Assembly: GCA_951406725.2 (NCBI GenBank)
Contig: OX597840.1
Location: 31,868,001 to 31,932,000, forward strand
DNA: 64,000 nt
Source of the DNA: Octopus vulgaris
Taxonomy: Eukaryota
Reading direction: 5' to 3'
In this document: piece after piece, positions 24,749-38,638 of the stretch
Position numbering within the stretch: position 1 is the stretch's first letter
Layout: the number at the start of each line of letters is the position of its first letter
The notes under the pieces: model-generated
What the model saw: only the letters and a program-made list of their open reading frames with translations
Told to the model about the DNA's origin: nothing
Database searches by the model: none
Translations under genes and position numbers: made by a program

Positions 24749-24986
24749 AGAGGAAAGTCGAATAGAAAGGAAGACGGAGGAAAAAATCGCCAACGATTCA
24801 CATGTGGTTATATATATATATACATATATACGACAGGCTTCTTTCAGTTTCCGTCTACCAAATCCACTCACAAGGCTTTGGTCAGCCCGAGGTTATAGTA
24901 GAAGACACTCGCCCAAGGTGCCACGCAGTGGGACTAAACCCGGAACCATGTGGTTTGTAAGCAAGTTACTTACCACACAGCCACTC

Positions 24987-25080
<94 letters not shown>

Positions 25081-25209
25081 GTGTTTGTGTGTGTGTATGT
25101 TTGTGTGTATGTATGTATCATTAGTACTTATTCTATTGGTCACTGTTGCCGAACCGCTATGTTACTGGGAAGTAAATGAACCAACGCCTGCTGTCAAGTG
25201 GTGGTAGGG

Positions 25210-25252
<43 letters not shown>

Positions 25253-25583
25253 TAGTAGGAGCTCCGAAAGGGGTCTCATAGGGTAGCGCCCCAGCCTTCA
25301 TGAGCTAGTGTTCCACCACATTTCTTAAAAGTCGTGGTAGGGGGCTTGCTCTCAGGACCACCCATTTTTAGAAACTGAGTTTGGGGTAAGCAAGGCCATG
25401 TTCCCCGTAAAAAATCCAGCTCCAAAAAAGCCTCTTGATAGAAAAGGAGAATGGGCACCAACCAGCCCAAAGTTTGGGGTGGGCTGCACCTGCCTACCTC
25501 ATTTGCTATGGCATTGAGGTATTTCTGTTCACCCCCTTTCACGGGTACAAAATCACTATTTAAAACAATGGATGATGACATAC

Positions 25584-25614
<31 letters not shown>

Positions 25615-25969
25615 GTACAGGTTTCTTTCAGTTTCCGTCTACCAAATCACCTCACAAGGATTTAGTCGGACCGAGCTATAGTAGAAGATACTTGCCCAAG
25701 GTGCCATGCAGTGGGACTGAACCGAGAACCAAGTCTTTGGTGAGCAAGCTTCTCACCGCATAGCCATGCCTGCGAGAATGCTTATTTATTATGTATATGT
25801 CCATTATTTGCTTTAGTGATTAGACTGTGGCCATGCTGGAGCACCGCTATGAAGGGTTTTAGTCGAAGCAATCGAAGATGAGTACAAGGGTCGATTTGTT
25901 CGAGAAATGTCCTGCAAAGCGGTGCCCCGTCATTTCCGCTGCACAAGGACTGCCGGAAGGGAAATGTAC

Positions 25970-26880
25970 ACACATACATACAAACATACATACATACATA
26001 CTTACATACACACATACATACATACACACATACATACACACATACATACATACATGCATACATACGTACATACATACATACATACATACATACATACATA
26101 CATACATACATACATACATACATACGTGCATACATACATACATACATACATACAAAGATACATACATACATACATACATACATACATACATACATACGTA
26201 CATACATACGTGTATACATACTTACATACATACGTACATACATACATACATACGTACGTACATACATACATACATACATACATACATACATACATACGTA
26301 CGTACATACAAACATACATACATACATACATACATACATACATACGTACGTACATACATACATACATACATACATACATACATACATACGTACGTACGTA
26401 CATACATACATACATACATACATACATACATTCATACATACATACATACATACATACACACACACATACATACATACATACATACATACATACATACATA
26501 CATACAAACATACATACATACATACATACATACATACAAACATACATACATACATACATACATACATACGTACACACATACAAACATACATACATACATA
26601 CATACATACATACATACATTCATACATACATACATACAAACATACATACATACATACATACATACATACATACATACATACATACAAACATACATACATA
26701 CATACATACATACATACATACGTACACACATACATACATACATACATACATACAAACATATATACATACATACATACATACATGCATACGTACATACATA
26801 CGTACATACATACACACACACATACATACATACACACATACATACATAATACATACATACGTGCATACATACATACGTAT
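25970..26880. repeat. (CATA)n microsatellite, about 900 bp
   Basis: Direct observation. Confidence 0.97.
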
Positions 26881-27720
26881 ATATGTATGTATGCATGTGT
26901 GTATAAATGTGCGTGCATGTGTGCTTGTGTATGTTTATATATATACACGCACACACATACGTATATACATATCCGTATGTGCGTGTGTGTTTGTGCGTAC
27001 ATATGCTTGTGTGCGTGCGTATGTGTTGTACTTGAACTCCTGTTTGTTAAACAGAATTAAATATTTTTATAAGGATCCTTATCTTCCATAGTCTATCATA
27101 TAGTATCTGGCTTTACATGTGATTAAGTAGGTAAACATAAGACGGTGTTTGTTTAAAGAAGATTTCGACGTGCTTTGCGTCGTTAGATAAACAGATAGAT
27201 ATATAAGCGTATAGAAATAAGGTTTAGAAAGTATTCAAGATAGGGAATTAATCTGAGAGTAGATGTAAAGATTTTAAATTTATTTTCAATGTGGAAGAGA
27301 ATGTTGTATCCATCTTCTGACTGATATCTGGTCCGAATGTTTGGCTACAAAATGGCGGCCGTCTATTGCTTGCTTCACCAGCCCGCACCGATAGAAAGCC
27401 TATTATTTCTGTTAAAATATCTACCACCCAAGAACAGGAAAGGTGCACCACCCCTTTCTACCCACACCGAGAAAGCTCTCATCGCAGACGTCGCAAGCGT
27501 GACTGAAACATCTTGTAATTTTCTGTTTATCTGTGACAATATATTCCAATAAATATATTTTTTTTGATAAGCTGGAAGCATATGTACGTGTGTCTGAATG
27601 TGTCCATGTGCGCGTGTTAATGTATCTGTATTAATATAAATATAAATATTCATATATATATATAGATATGTGTGTGTGTGTTTGTGTGTGTGTATACATA
27701 GATATATACATATGTATATT

Positions 27721-27751
<31 letters not shown>

Positions 27752-27796
27752 ACATACATATATATGTATCTCTCTCTTACTCTCTATCTCTCTCTC

Positions 27797-27833
<37 letters not shown>

Positions 27834-27868
27834 ACATACATATATATGTATCTCTCTCTTACTCTCTA

Positions 27869-27950
<82 letters not shown>

Positions 27951-28326
27951 TAAAACAAAGTAAAGTTGTAAGGTAGGGCACGAGTGGAAATGTATATATG
28001 AAAGCTTTACATTATACTTTTGAGAATCTTTTTCTAAAAAAGTGAAACCGGTCAAGTGAATAAACATCTTTAACATTGCATTTTCAAACCTTCTTTCAAC
28101 AGACACACACACACACACACAGACACACACACACACATATATATATTCGTGATTTGCCAAAAATCACCTGGCAGTAAATCAAAACCAATTTAATTCCAAG
28201 ATTATTTTATCTTTAAAAACTGAATGAATTTAAAGAAATCATCTAAATATGAAACACTCATCTAAATATGAAACACCATGAAAACTGTTCAAATTAAAGT
28301 CCCTTTCCAGCGACACAACTTTGCGA

Positions 28327-28620
28327 AATGAATGAAATTTGAAAATAATTTAAGTAAGGGAGAGTGTATTTAATTAGGTGAAAGTTCTTTTTACCGGTTG
28401 CGCATTTGTTGTGCTTATCAAAAGATATTTTTTTAAGAGAGATAGAGTTCCTTTCTGATAAAAAAATCTATCAGAAAGGACCTCTATCTCTCTTTAAAAA
28501 ATATCTTTTGACAAGCATAACAAATGCGCAACCGGTAAAAAGAACTTTCACCTAATTAAAAAGAACTTTCACCTAATTAAATACACTCTCCCTTACTTAA
28601 ATTATTTTCTTCATTTCATT
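28327..28620. repeat. Fold-back palindrome, arms about 135 bp, centre near 28465
   Basis: ...TTCCTTTCTGATA aaaaaatc TATCAGAAAGGA...; arms complementary out to AAATAATTTAAGTAAGGG / CCCTTACTTAAATTATTT. Confidence 0.9.
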
Positions 28621-28624
28621 TTTT

Positions 28625-28673
<49 letters not shown>

Positions 28674-28697
28674 ATACAAGTTTAAGATGTGTTATGA

Positions 28698-29565
28698 CCA
28701 TTTATAGAACACATAACATATATAAACTTTTTTTAAAGACTCCGCCGGTTACGACGACGAGGGTCCCAGCTGATACGATTAACGGAACAGCTTGCTCGTG
28801 AAATTAACGTGCAAATGGCTGAGCACTCCACAGACACGTGTACCCTTAACGTAGTTCTCGGGGATAATCAGCGTGACACAGAGAGTGACAAGGCTGACCC
28901 TTTGAAATACAGTGTCTTGCTCAAGGCTGACCCTTTGAAATACAGTGTCTTGCTCAAGGCCACAACGCGTCGCCGGGAATCGAACTCACAACCTTACGAT
29001 CATGAGCCGAATGCCCTAACCACTAAGCCACGCACCCTCACTATATAAACTTAAACAAATAAAGATGGTAAAAAGAAAATGTTAAAAGTTTTATAAAATT
29101 TTAATCCATTTTAATTTAATTACATATTACCATTATCCTCAGTGCAAAACGAATAATACATCAGAAATGGTAAAATGGTAAATTAAAATGGATTAAAATT
29201 TTATAAAACTTTTAACATTTTCTTTTTACCATCTTTATTTGTTTAAGTTTATATAGTGAGGGTGCGTGGCTTAGTGGTTAGGGCATTCGGCTCATGATCG
29301 TAAGGTTGTGAGTTCGATTCCCGGCGACGCGTTGTGGCCTTGAGCAAGACACTGTATTTCAAAGGGTCAGCCTTGTCACTCTCTGTGTCACGCTGATTAT
29401 CCCCGAGAACTACGTTAAGGGTGCACGTGTCTGTGGTATGCTCAGCCATTTGCACGTTAATTTCACGAGCAAGCTGTTCCGTTGATCGTATCAGCTGGGA
29501 CCCTCGTCGTCGTAACCGGCGGAGTCTTTAAAAAAGGTTTATATATGTTATGTGTTCTATAAATG
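28698..29565. repeat. Large inverted duplication (arms about 400 bp) carrying a SINE in each arm
   Basis: 28698-29118 is the reverse complement of about 29180-29565. Confidence 0.92.
29258..29526 (+). mobile_element. SINE family D (distinct tRNA head, tail shared with family C); mirror copy at 28738-29040(-)
   Basis: A-box TGGCTTAGTGG, B-box GAGTTCGATTCC, then ...CTTGTCACTCTCTGTGTCACGCTG...CGTAACCG tail. Confidence 0.8.
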
Positions 29566-29733
29566 TTTTTATATTATGTTTTTACAGAAGACTGTATGGA
29601 ATCGGTGTCATATATCTCATTCGGATATTCACAAATTGATTATGAAAGATGAAATATAATAACATACTTAGTTAGTGTTGAGTCTAATTTCGTAAGAACT
29701 AAAAGTGATTTGGCTAACGGATATTTGAAATAT

Positions 29734-30410
29734 GTGGAGGCGCAATGGCCCAGTGGTTAGGGCAGCGGACTCGCGGTCATAAGATCGCGGTTTCGATTCC
29801 CAGACCGGGCGTTGTGAGTGTTTATTGAGCGAAAACACCTAAAGCTCCACGACGCTCCGGCAGGGGATGGTGGTGATCCCTGCTGTACTCTTTCACCACA
29901 ACATTCTCTCACTCTTACTTCCTGTTTCTGTTGTACCTGTATTTCAAAGGGCCGGCCTTGTCACTCTCTGTGTCATGCTGAATATCCCCGAGAACTACGT
30001 TAAGGGTGCACGTGTCTGTGGAGTGCTCAGCCACTTACACGTTAATTTCACGAGCAGGCTGTTCCGTTGATCGGATCAACCGGAACCCTCGTCATCGTAA
30101 CCGACGGAGTGCTTCCATATTCAGCGAAAACACCTAAAGCTCCACGAGGCTCCGGCAGGGGATGGTGGTGATCCCTGCTGTACTCTTTCACCACAACATT
30201 CTCTCACTCTTACTTCCTGTTTCTGTTGTACCTGTATTTCAAGGGGCCGGCCTTGTCACTCTCTGTGTCACGCTGAATATCCCCGAGAACTACGTTAAGG
30301 GTGCACGTGTCTGTGGAGTGCTCAGCCACTTACACGTTAATTTCACGAGCAGGCTGTTCCGTTGATTCGGATCAACCGGAACCCTCATCGTCGTAACCGA
30401 TGCTTCCATC
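29734..30410 (+). mobile_element. SINE family C (tRNA-Arg(TCG)-like head): full copy plus tandem 5'-truncated copy
   Basis: TGGCCCAGTGG A box, GGACTCGCGG anticodon arm, GGTTTCGATTCC B box; other copies at 46259-46996, 53172-53554, 56978-57360(-), 60721-61106(-). Confidence 0.88.
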
Positions 30411-30515
30411 CATTTGAAATATAAGAGAAAAACATTTATGAAACATTCTCTCTTTATGAGGATAATTAATGTAGTGGACTACATGCCATGTTTATCTTAA
30501 GGAATAAATTATATC

Positions 30516-31250
30516 GGATCTTTACTTTTTGACCGACAGTTTTAAAAAATAATTTTTTGCAACTAAACACTTTCAAACTTCGGACACTGGTAGAATGTGT
30601 CATATAAAACATCTTTTATTTTTAGCATTTTTGAGAAAAACTTTTATTTACGAAGTAATTTCGCGTTAAAGTTGTCCTATTTCGGTGATTTCAACCAATC
30701 AATGACGTGTATTCAGCTGAATAAAATTACTGCCGTTGTTTGTCAACAATAGCTATCGGTGGGGTATTTTTCGTTTGTCACTGTTATTTATGACATCGTT
30801 CGTACATTTGTTTTTAGCTTTAAGGTTTTAGGGTTAGGGTTTTAGGGTTAGGGTTAGGGTTAGGGTTTTAGGCTTAAGGTTAGGATTTTAGGGTTAGGGT
30901 TTTAGGGCTAGGGTTTTAGGGTTTGGGTTTTAGGGTTTTAGGGATAAGTTTAAGGTTTTAGTGTTAGGGTTGTCATAAATAACAGTAACAAATGAAAAAT
31001 ACACCGACGTTAGCTCTTGTTGACAAACAATGGCAGTGAATATATTCAGCAGACTACACTTCATTGATTGGTTGAAATTACCGAAATAGGACTACTTTAA
31101 CGTGAAATTACTTCGTAAATAAAAGTTTTTCTCAAAAATGGTAAGAGTAAAAGATATTTTAAATGACACATTCTACCAGTGTCCGAAGTCTGAGAAAGTT
31201 TAATTACAAAAAATTGTTTTTTAAATCTGTACGTTATAAGGTAAAGATCC
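30516..31250. mobile_element. Long-TIR non-autonomous DNA element with central telomeric-like (TTAGGG/TTTTAGGG)n
   Basis: Arms of about 280 bp (GGATCTTTAC... / ...GTAAAGATCC) flank TTAGGG-type repeats at 30817-30972. Confidence 0.85.
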
Positions 31251-32666
31251 ATTATATCATATATATATATATACACACAACGGCGCACACATACAAACAT
31301 ATATATATATATACAGTTCATACAAGCACGCACACTCACGCCTATATAAATATATATATATATGGCTTTCATTTTCAGGAGGGCTTCATCAAATTATGAG
31401 AGCCACATTCATTCTGTAACATCTTATAAGTAACCATGGAAGTATTTTCTTTTCTCGTTTTAGAATTCTTTTTCGATTATTGTAAATATTTTTTAGAATC
31501 TGATTTCACTGGGCAAGTATCGGTTCTTATCAGTTTACACGATACTCAATAGTAAATAAATAACAATTCAGGTATCCCAGATGAACCAACTTCACGGCAG
31601 GAGGTGCAGATGAGGGCAGCTGCAATCGAACTCTCTCATGCACCAAATGGCAGTTGCTAAAAAGCTTTCGTGAAGTAAAACCATGTAGCAACACCAAATG
31701 GCGGTGCCCCAGCATGGCCAAAGCTCATGAGCTGAAACTAGAATCAATCAATCAATCAATCAATCAATTCAGTGTATTGATCTCTTATAAAACGACAAAG
31801 TTGATCTTTAGGAATTAACTTGTTGATATTCTCAGCTGCCATCTTTACACTGTTTCAGAGACCTGATTTTTCACTTTTTTTTTACATTCCTGGAATTTGG
31901 ACTTTCCATTTTAGCAATTAAATATCAAGCTTGGTTAATAACTTTGAGGCCTTTCAGTAGAAGGTTTCTTTGCTAATCTCAAAAAATATTTTTTAGTCAA
32001 TAGGTAAAAATCTGATGGTATAAAAGAATCGTCAACTAAATTCGAAAGTGAAGAGCTTCCTTCTTTTCTAACTGACATTTCTAGTGGTGATGATAAAGAC
32101 ATGAAAAGCATTTGTTTTTTCTCTATATCTTTCCATGATTTCTTTCCTTGTGTTAAATTGGTGCAAACTTCTAAAAGTAGTAACTTCACTAAAACCTGTA
32201 ATATTATTGGAGGAGACATCACACAAATACATCACTGAGAAAATCCCATCTAGAATAGGGGACCAGTCTGCGACATTTCCGCTGTTTTCGAAGTACCTTG
32301 AATTTTCCTCAAATCCGATTTGGTGCCGACGTAGTACTGTTTTGGTTTGGTTCCACGGATAATAAGCAGCCTCAAGAACTACAGTGGGGTCAACTTTTGT
32401 TGGACAAAGCTTACTTGTTGAGACAAGGTGAATAAGACGTCAACTACAACTGTATTATAATCTCCTTACCAGAAGATGGTTTGAATTTGGCAGGTTTAAA
32501 TGCCATTACTGATGGTGATCACCATAAAAGAATGGGAGGCAATGGCATATTCCTCTGTGGTACAGTGGGTTTTTTTCATCAAGCATATAAATACTATTGT
32601 TAACTTCATACATTTTGGAATCTTCTATCGGGAACTTTATTAAAGAATCCAAAGATTTATGTAATA

Positions 32667-32807
32667 TTAGGTTGTCCTAAAAGTTCGTAAACACTTGCGA
32701 AAATTGAATTTTTACTCGCCAAGTACTAACAAAAACAACAAAAATTATTCCTCAAAATAAAGACCATTATTTTCCAAGACTTTCTACGAACTTTTGGGAC
32801 AACCTTA
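32667..32807. mobile_element. Tc1/mariner-type MITE with TA target duplication
   Basis: TIR TTAGGTTGTCC(T/C)AAAAGTTCGTA; flanked by TA; second copy at 54683-54823. Confidence 0.9.
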
Positions 32808-33196
32808 TAATTCATTTTTTGTTATTCATTTGACACCATATAAGCTCGCATTTTCGAGAGGGCTTCATCAAATTTTCTGAGCCAAATTCATCCTGTAACA
32901 TCTCAAACATGACAATTAAAGTGTCTTTTGCTTTCTTTTTAGAATTCCTTATCGATTATTGTCAATCTTTTTCAGTATCTGATTTCATTTGACAATGATC
33001 TGTTCTTATCAGCTTTCGTGATACACTATGGTGTCGCGGAGGCCGTGGTTGAAGCCAATGGCGACTTTATTGATTAAGTTTATTCTTTAGTATTTCAAGA
33101 TATTTTTTATCTAATTTTCGAAAATATTTGTTAAAATGAGATGACAGTCTTATTTTCCTTTTTGCACAATTTATACAACAATCTATTCACCGCACC

Positions 33197-33232
<36 letters not shown>

Positions 33233-33234
<2 letters not shown>

Positions 33235-33446
33235 CTGGCAGAATCGTTAGCACGTCGGGTGAAATGTGTGGTGTTTCGTCTGCCGCTACGTTCTGAGTTC
33301 AAATTCCGCCGAGGTCGACTTTGCCTTTCATCCTTTCGGGGTCGATATATAAAGTACCAGTTTCGCACTGGGGTCGTTGTAATCGACTTAATCCCTTTGT
33401 CTGTCCTTGTTTGTCCCTCTATGTTTAGCCCTTGTGGGCAATAAAG

Positions 33447-33450
<4 letters not shown>
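33233..33450 (+). mobile_element. SINE family A
   Basis: Matches 16591-16820. Confidence 0.88.
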
Positions 33451-33518
<68 letters not shown>

Positions 33519-33546
33519 CTATATATATATACACAGAGTGTGGTGA

Positions 33547-33609
<63 letters not shown>

Positions 33610-33640
33610 TATGTCTATATATACAATACACAGAGTGTGG

Positions 33641-33702
<62 letters not shown>

Positions 33703-34443
33703 TATACACATATATATACACTTATATATATTCACCGCACCTTTTATGTATATATATATTTCTGCGTACATGCTTAATGCATATACACACGCATACAGAC
33801 ACGAGACACATGCTCCTATAAATAGTTATATATAGTACGTATGATAGCAACAGCAGCTTCTCCCGGGCGTGTGATAAGTGCATCACATCTCACCTAAATG
33901 GTTACGCCTCTTGCTATCCAAGAACAGAAGATAGTTACTAAATACCAGATCATCAAGACAGATAAGGCTACCTTTAAACTCCCACGTTGTGATAGAATCT
34001 GTCACTTTTGCCACACCAGTATCGAAGCTATCACTCACTCACAACTTTCCTATGCGACATGGCATTGTCACCAAAATCAATTTGCAATGTAAAATAATGG
34101 ATATCTAAAATGAGTAATAGCAGTCGTAAGGATCGCGGTTTCGATTACCAGACCGGGCGTTGAGTGTGTTTATTGAGCGAAACCACCTAAAGCTCCATAT
34201 GACCCCAGACAAATTCGTATATACTCTTTACTCTTTTACTTGTTTCAGTCATTTGACTGCGGCCATGCTGGAGCACCGCCTTTAGTCGAGCAAATCGACC
34301 CCAGGACTTATTTTTTGTAAGCCCAGTACTTATTCTATCGGTCTCTTTTGCCGAACCGCTAAGTAACGGGGACGTAAACACACCAGCATCGGTTGTCAAG
34401 CAATGCTAGGGGGACAAACACAGACACACAAACACACACACAA

Positions 34444-34507
<64 letters not shown>

Positions 34508-34672
34508 CATATACACGACAGGCTTCTTTCAGTTTCCGTCTACCAAATCCACTCACAAGGCATTGGTCGGCCCGGGGCTATAGCAGAAGACACTTTCCCA
34601 AGATGCCACGCAGTGGGACTGAACCCGGAACCATGTGGTTGGTTAGCAAGCTACTTACCACACAGCCACTCC

Positions 34673-34725
<53 letters not shown>

Positions 34726-34847
34726 AGACAAATCCATATATATATATATTTGCCAGCCCCGATGTTCCCAGCTCCGATGCCATCAGCCCTTAATTTGCCA
34801 ACCCCGATTTTGTCAGCCCCCGTCTTTGCCAGCCCCGATTTCCCGTT

Positions 34848-35160
34848 TCCTAATTCCTCCAATTGTAATCCAATTTGATAACTGTGTGGATGACGTCAGC
34901 CAGAAAGACAGCCTCTCTGCCTGCAACAGCAAGGCGGAGCTGGTAGACAATACCACGGCCACGTTCGAAGATCTTCTCAGAGACACAATGAGGACCGCTT
35001 AGGCCGGGTTCCGGGGACTTTTGGAGGCCATAGTAAAACCTGAAGGCGGATACTGTTTATCTCCAGTTGCTATTTTTAAAAATAATTTTATTTTAGGATA
35101 TAATGCGTTGTTTCCTTTTCCTTTTATGCAAACTGTCGAATTTATCCGGTACACCTTGTA
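34848..35160 (+). pseudogene. Decayed C-terminal fragment of a Tc1/mariner-superfamily transposase and right end
   Basis: PNSSNCNP(fs)DNCV...CNSKAELV...FEDL.RDT.R.A*AGFRGLLEAIVKPEGGY resembles the WPPNSPDLNPLD...RLEAVIEAEGGY region. Confidence 0.7.
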
Positions 35161-35271
35161 TGTATACATTATATCATATATATGTATATATGTATGTCCC
35201 TGTGTATGTATGTGCTTGTGTGTATTTGGTTGTGTGAGTCGGTGTGACTGTCAGTGGGTGTGTATGTACGC

Positions 35272-35312
<41 letters not shown>

Positions 35313-35627
35313 TGTGTGCCTATGCATATGTGTGTGTATTGGTCGAAGGTCTATTCCTTGTCATCATTAAAGCCAGAACAATCTCTACATCTTATAGACT
35401 GAAAAGATGACCCCAGACAAACCGGATTAGAGAAGCTTCATATTTGGATTGCCCTTGGGGGCGAAAACCAAAACCTGACAATGGGCAGATAAATCCCGTA
35501 TCTTAATGGATATCCTAGTTCACATTCATACATACACACAAACACACAGAAACACACATATATATATTTAATTATATAATTTTGTATTTACATATATATA
35601 CATATATGTACATATATATATATATTT

Positions 35628-35701
<74 letters not shown>

Positions 35702-36157
35702 TTACATATACATGCATATATATTTACATATACATACTTATATGTCTGTATATATGTATGAAACGAAAAATGGGTGAAAGAGAAGAAAGAGTGACAGACA
35801 GAAGGACAGAACGATAGAAAGAAAATGGTACAGAAGGAAAATGAGTACGAGTTACGAAGGAGCAGAATGAAAGAGGGAAAATGGGAAACAAGAAGGGAAG
35901 GAAAAAACAAAGAAAAGAGGAAGAACGAACGAGTGAAAGAAAATATGAAAGAAATAAAGAAATGAGGAGCGAAATAAAGGGACACAGGCGCAGGAGTGGC
36001 TATGTGGTAAGTAGCTTGCTTACCAACCACATGGTTCCGGGTTCAGTCCCACTGCGTGGCACCTTGGGCAAGTGTCTTCTGCTATAGCCCCGGGCCGACC
36101 AAAGCCTTGTGAGTGGATTTGGTAGACGGAAACTGAAAGAAGCCTGTCGTATATATG

Positions 36158-36194
<37 letters not shown>

Positions 36195-36722
36195 TGTGTG
36201 GTAAGTAGCTTGCTTAACAACCACATGGTTCCGGGTTCAGTCCCACTGCGTGGCACCTTGGGCAAGTGTATTCTAACTATAGCCTCGGGCCGACCAATGC
36301 CTTGTGAGTGGATTTGGTAGACGGAAACTGAAAGAAGCCTGTCGTATATATGTATATATATATACGTTATATAATTATATATATGCATTGTCTGGGAGAT
36401 TTTTCTTATAGTAGAAGAAATAGCTAAGATTTTTTGGCTGCTATTTCTAAAAGTTCGGTATGTGGTAAAGTAAATTATTTTTCCTGAACCCTAATTATAT
36501 AACGTAAATGGTCCTTTTACATACTGAACACTACTTGGTAAAATTAATTAATATTTTATTAATTTTACCCTTTTTTTATTGATGTATATATATATATTGC
36601 TTTTAAAAATCAGGATTCGTCTACCTCCCAACTTCTGTTCTTTCAACATGTGATCTCTTGAGCACCACCAGCAAAAATATTTTTTCCTCTGTCTTCCCTT
36701 CTTGGGATCTTTCCTTCTCCTT

Positions 36723-36757
36723 GTTTCCGACGAAGAGCTCCGCTCGAAACGTTAAAC
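36723..36757 (+). ncRNA. Minimal type I hammerhead motif (U4C variant)
   Basis: gttt-CCGACGA-a-gagc-tcc-gctc-GAAAC-GTT-aaac. Confidence 0.6.
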
Positions 36758-36860
36758 CCTCCTTCCCTTCTTTCCTGAGCGTCAATAATACTTTAATTGT
36801 TCCACGTCCTGCGTTGCTGTGTTTTTTTCCCTTTTTTTCTGTGTTTTCTTGTTTGGATTA

Positions 36861-36929
<69 letters not shown>

Positions 36930-37210
36930 GTATGTGTATGTGTGTGTTTGTGTGTCCGTGTTTGTCCCCCTAGCATTGCTTGACAACAAATGCTGGTGTG
37001 TTTACGTCCCCGTAACTTAGCGGTTGGGCAAAAGTGACCGATAGAATAAGTACTGGGCTTACAAAAAGAATAAGTCCCGGGGGTCGATATTAGCTCGACT
37101 AAAGGCGGTGCTCCAGCATGGCCGCAGTCAAAATGACTGAAACAAGTAAAAGAGAGAGAGAGAGAGAGACAAACGGAAAAATAAAACATGAAAAATAAAT
37201 CTATCTATCT

Positions 37211-37250
<40 letters not shown>

Positions 37251-38402
37251 ACCAAGGTTACCGTGGTCTTTTTCGTAGGCTTTTCTTCCCACGGATAAAC
37301 CTTACTTTCTTTCCCCTTTACACCATATATCATAACACTGTGATACACGATCCCTATTGATCGTTTTTTTCCTCTTCCCCTTTTTTTCCCCCTTTTTTCT
37401 TCTTTTTTCATTTCTCTTTTCTTTTGTTCCTTTTCTTTTTTTCTTTTTTTTTTTTTATTTTATTAATTTTTTTTTTGTTCTTTTTTTCCCTTTTACGATC
37501 CCTCTTGATCGAAAACCTACGCTACCCCCTTTTTTTTCCTTTTTTTTTGTTTCTTTTGTTTTTTGTTGAATAACAAAAAAGGAAAAGAAAAGAAAATTTT
37601 TTTCAAAAACAAAATCAACAGAAATACATTCGCAAATATTTTGGATTCCCGTTGTGTGAGAAACGGCTGCAGCAAAAAGTCTTATGCGGTTAATTCTTGG
37701 AATGAAGGAAGCTGGAATAGGTTTCTGGTTTAAGCTGCTAGTCGCACCCTTGTTAAAATGTTAAGGGTTAGGAAGTGCAAAGGGTTACGTAATGAATAAA
37801 CCTCGTTATCTATTGATATGAGAAACCCAAACAACGAGATAACCTCTACGTCGTGCTCGTTCAAGTTGATAGAAATAGTAGCCGAATCTCCCTCATACAC
37901 CTCTCATCTACACCCACAGTCACACATATATACTCACAGGTTGCCGCCTTAAAACAACATAACAATATTTTGTTAAATGATATATTGAGATTAAATTACT
38001 TCGCGGTAAATTATTTTTAACGGCAGAACACGAAGTAGGTAAAACTATGAATAGACGCTTGTAGAATGTATGGATGGAGAAAAGTTGAAAGATGTTTGGT
38101 TTTGTGGTACTGTGGTACCACAGCCTGCAGTACCAACATTTCAGCAAATAGTTTCAAATTTTGGAAGAAGGCCAACTAATTTTCAGGGGGAGGGTAAGTC
38201 GATTGTATCTACCCCGGTACTTTACTGTATTTATTTTTATCCACCACCACCACCACCACACCAACAACACCATCAGAATCACCATCATCACCACCAACAC
38301 TATCACCACCATCACCACCACCAACACTATCACCACCATCACCACCACCACCACCAGCATCGGTTGTCAAGCGATGTTGGGAGGACAAACACAGACACAC
38401 AA

Positions 38403-38442
<40 letters not shown>

Positions 38443-38572
38443 TATATTAAATTAGAGATAAAACCACTATTAGGCAAATCATACAATGAAAAACTTAAGC
38501 CAATACGTAAGATTATTTAATTTATATTATTTAAATATATATCAAAATTATTAAAAAAGATAATTAATATAA

Positions 38573-38638
38573 CACTACGATCGTTTCATGGCTGTTAATT
38601 TCTTTAAATTTTTACGAGTTACAGTCATTCATCAGGTG
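38573..38638 (-). ncRNA. Type I hammerhead motif with palindromic stem III
   Basis: cac-CTGATGA-atgactgt...acagccat-GAAA-CGATCG-TA-gtg. Confidence 0.75.

Noticed and set aside
25782-27091. Long ORFs (300-400 aa) of MYVC/HTYI repeats, and similar YI, CV, poly-I/N/Y ORFs elsewhere
   Set aside because: Translations of CATA, TA, CA and AAT microsatellites.
29734-29810. tRNA genes
   Set aside because: The tRNA-like heads lack a proper acceptor stem and continue into multi-copy SINE bodies.
31515-31540. U2 snRNA-like GTATCGGTTCTTATCAGTTTA (also near 33000)
   Set aside because: About 20 nt only, within a duplicated coding-like segment; no other U2 sequence nearby.
34750-34845. Degenerate 15-bp tandem repeats as CRISPR-like or coding repeat
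   Set aside because: No spacers and a eukaryotic context; probably a transposon subterminal minisatellite.
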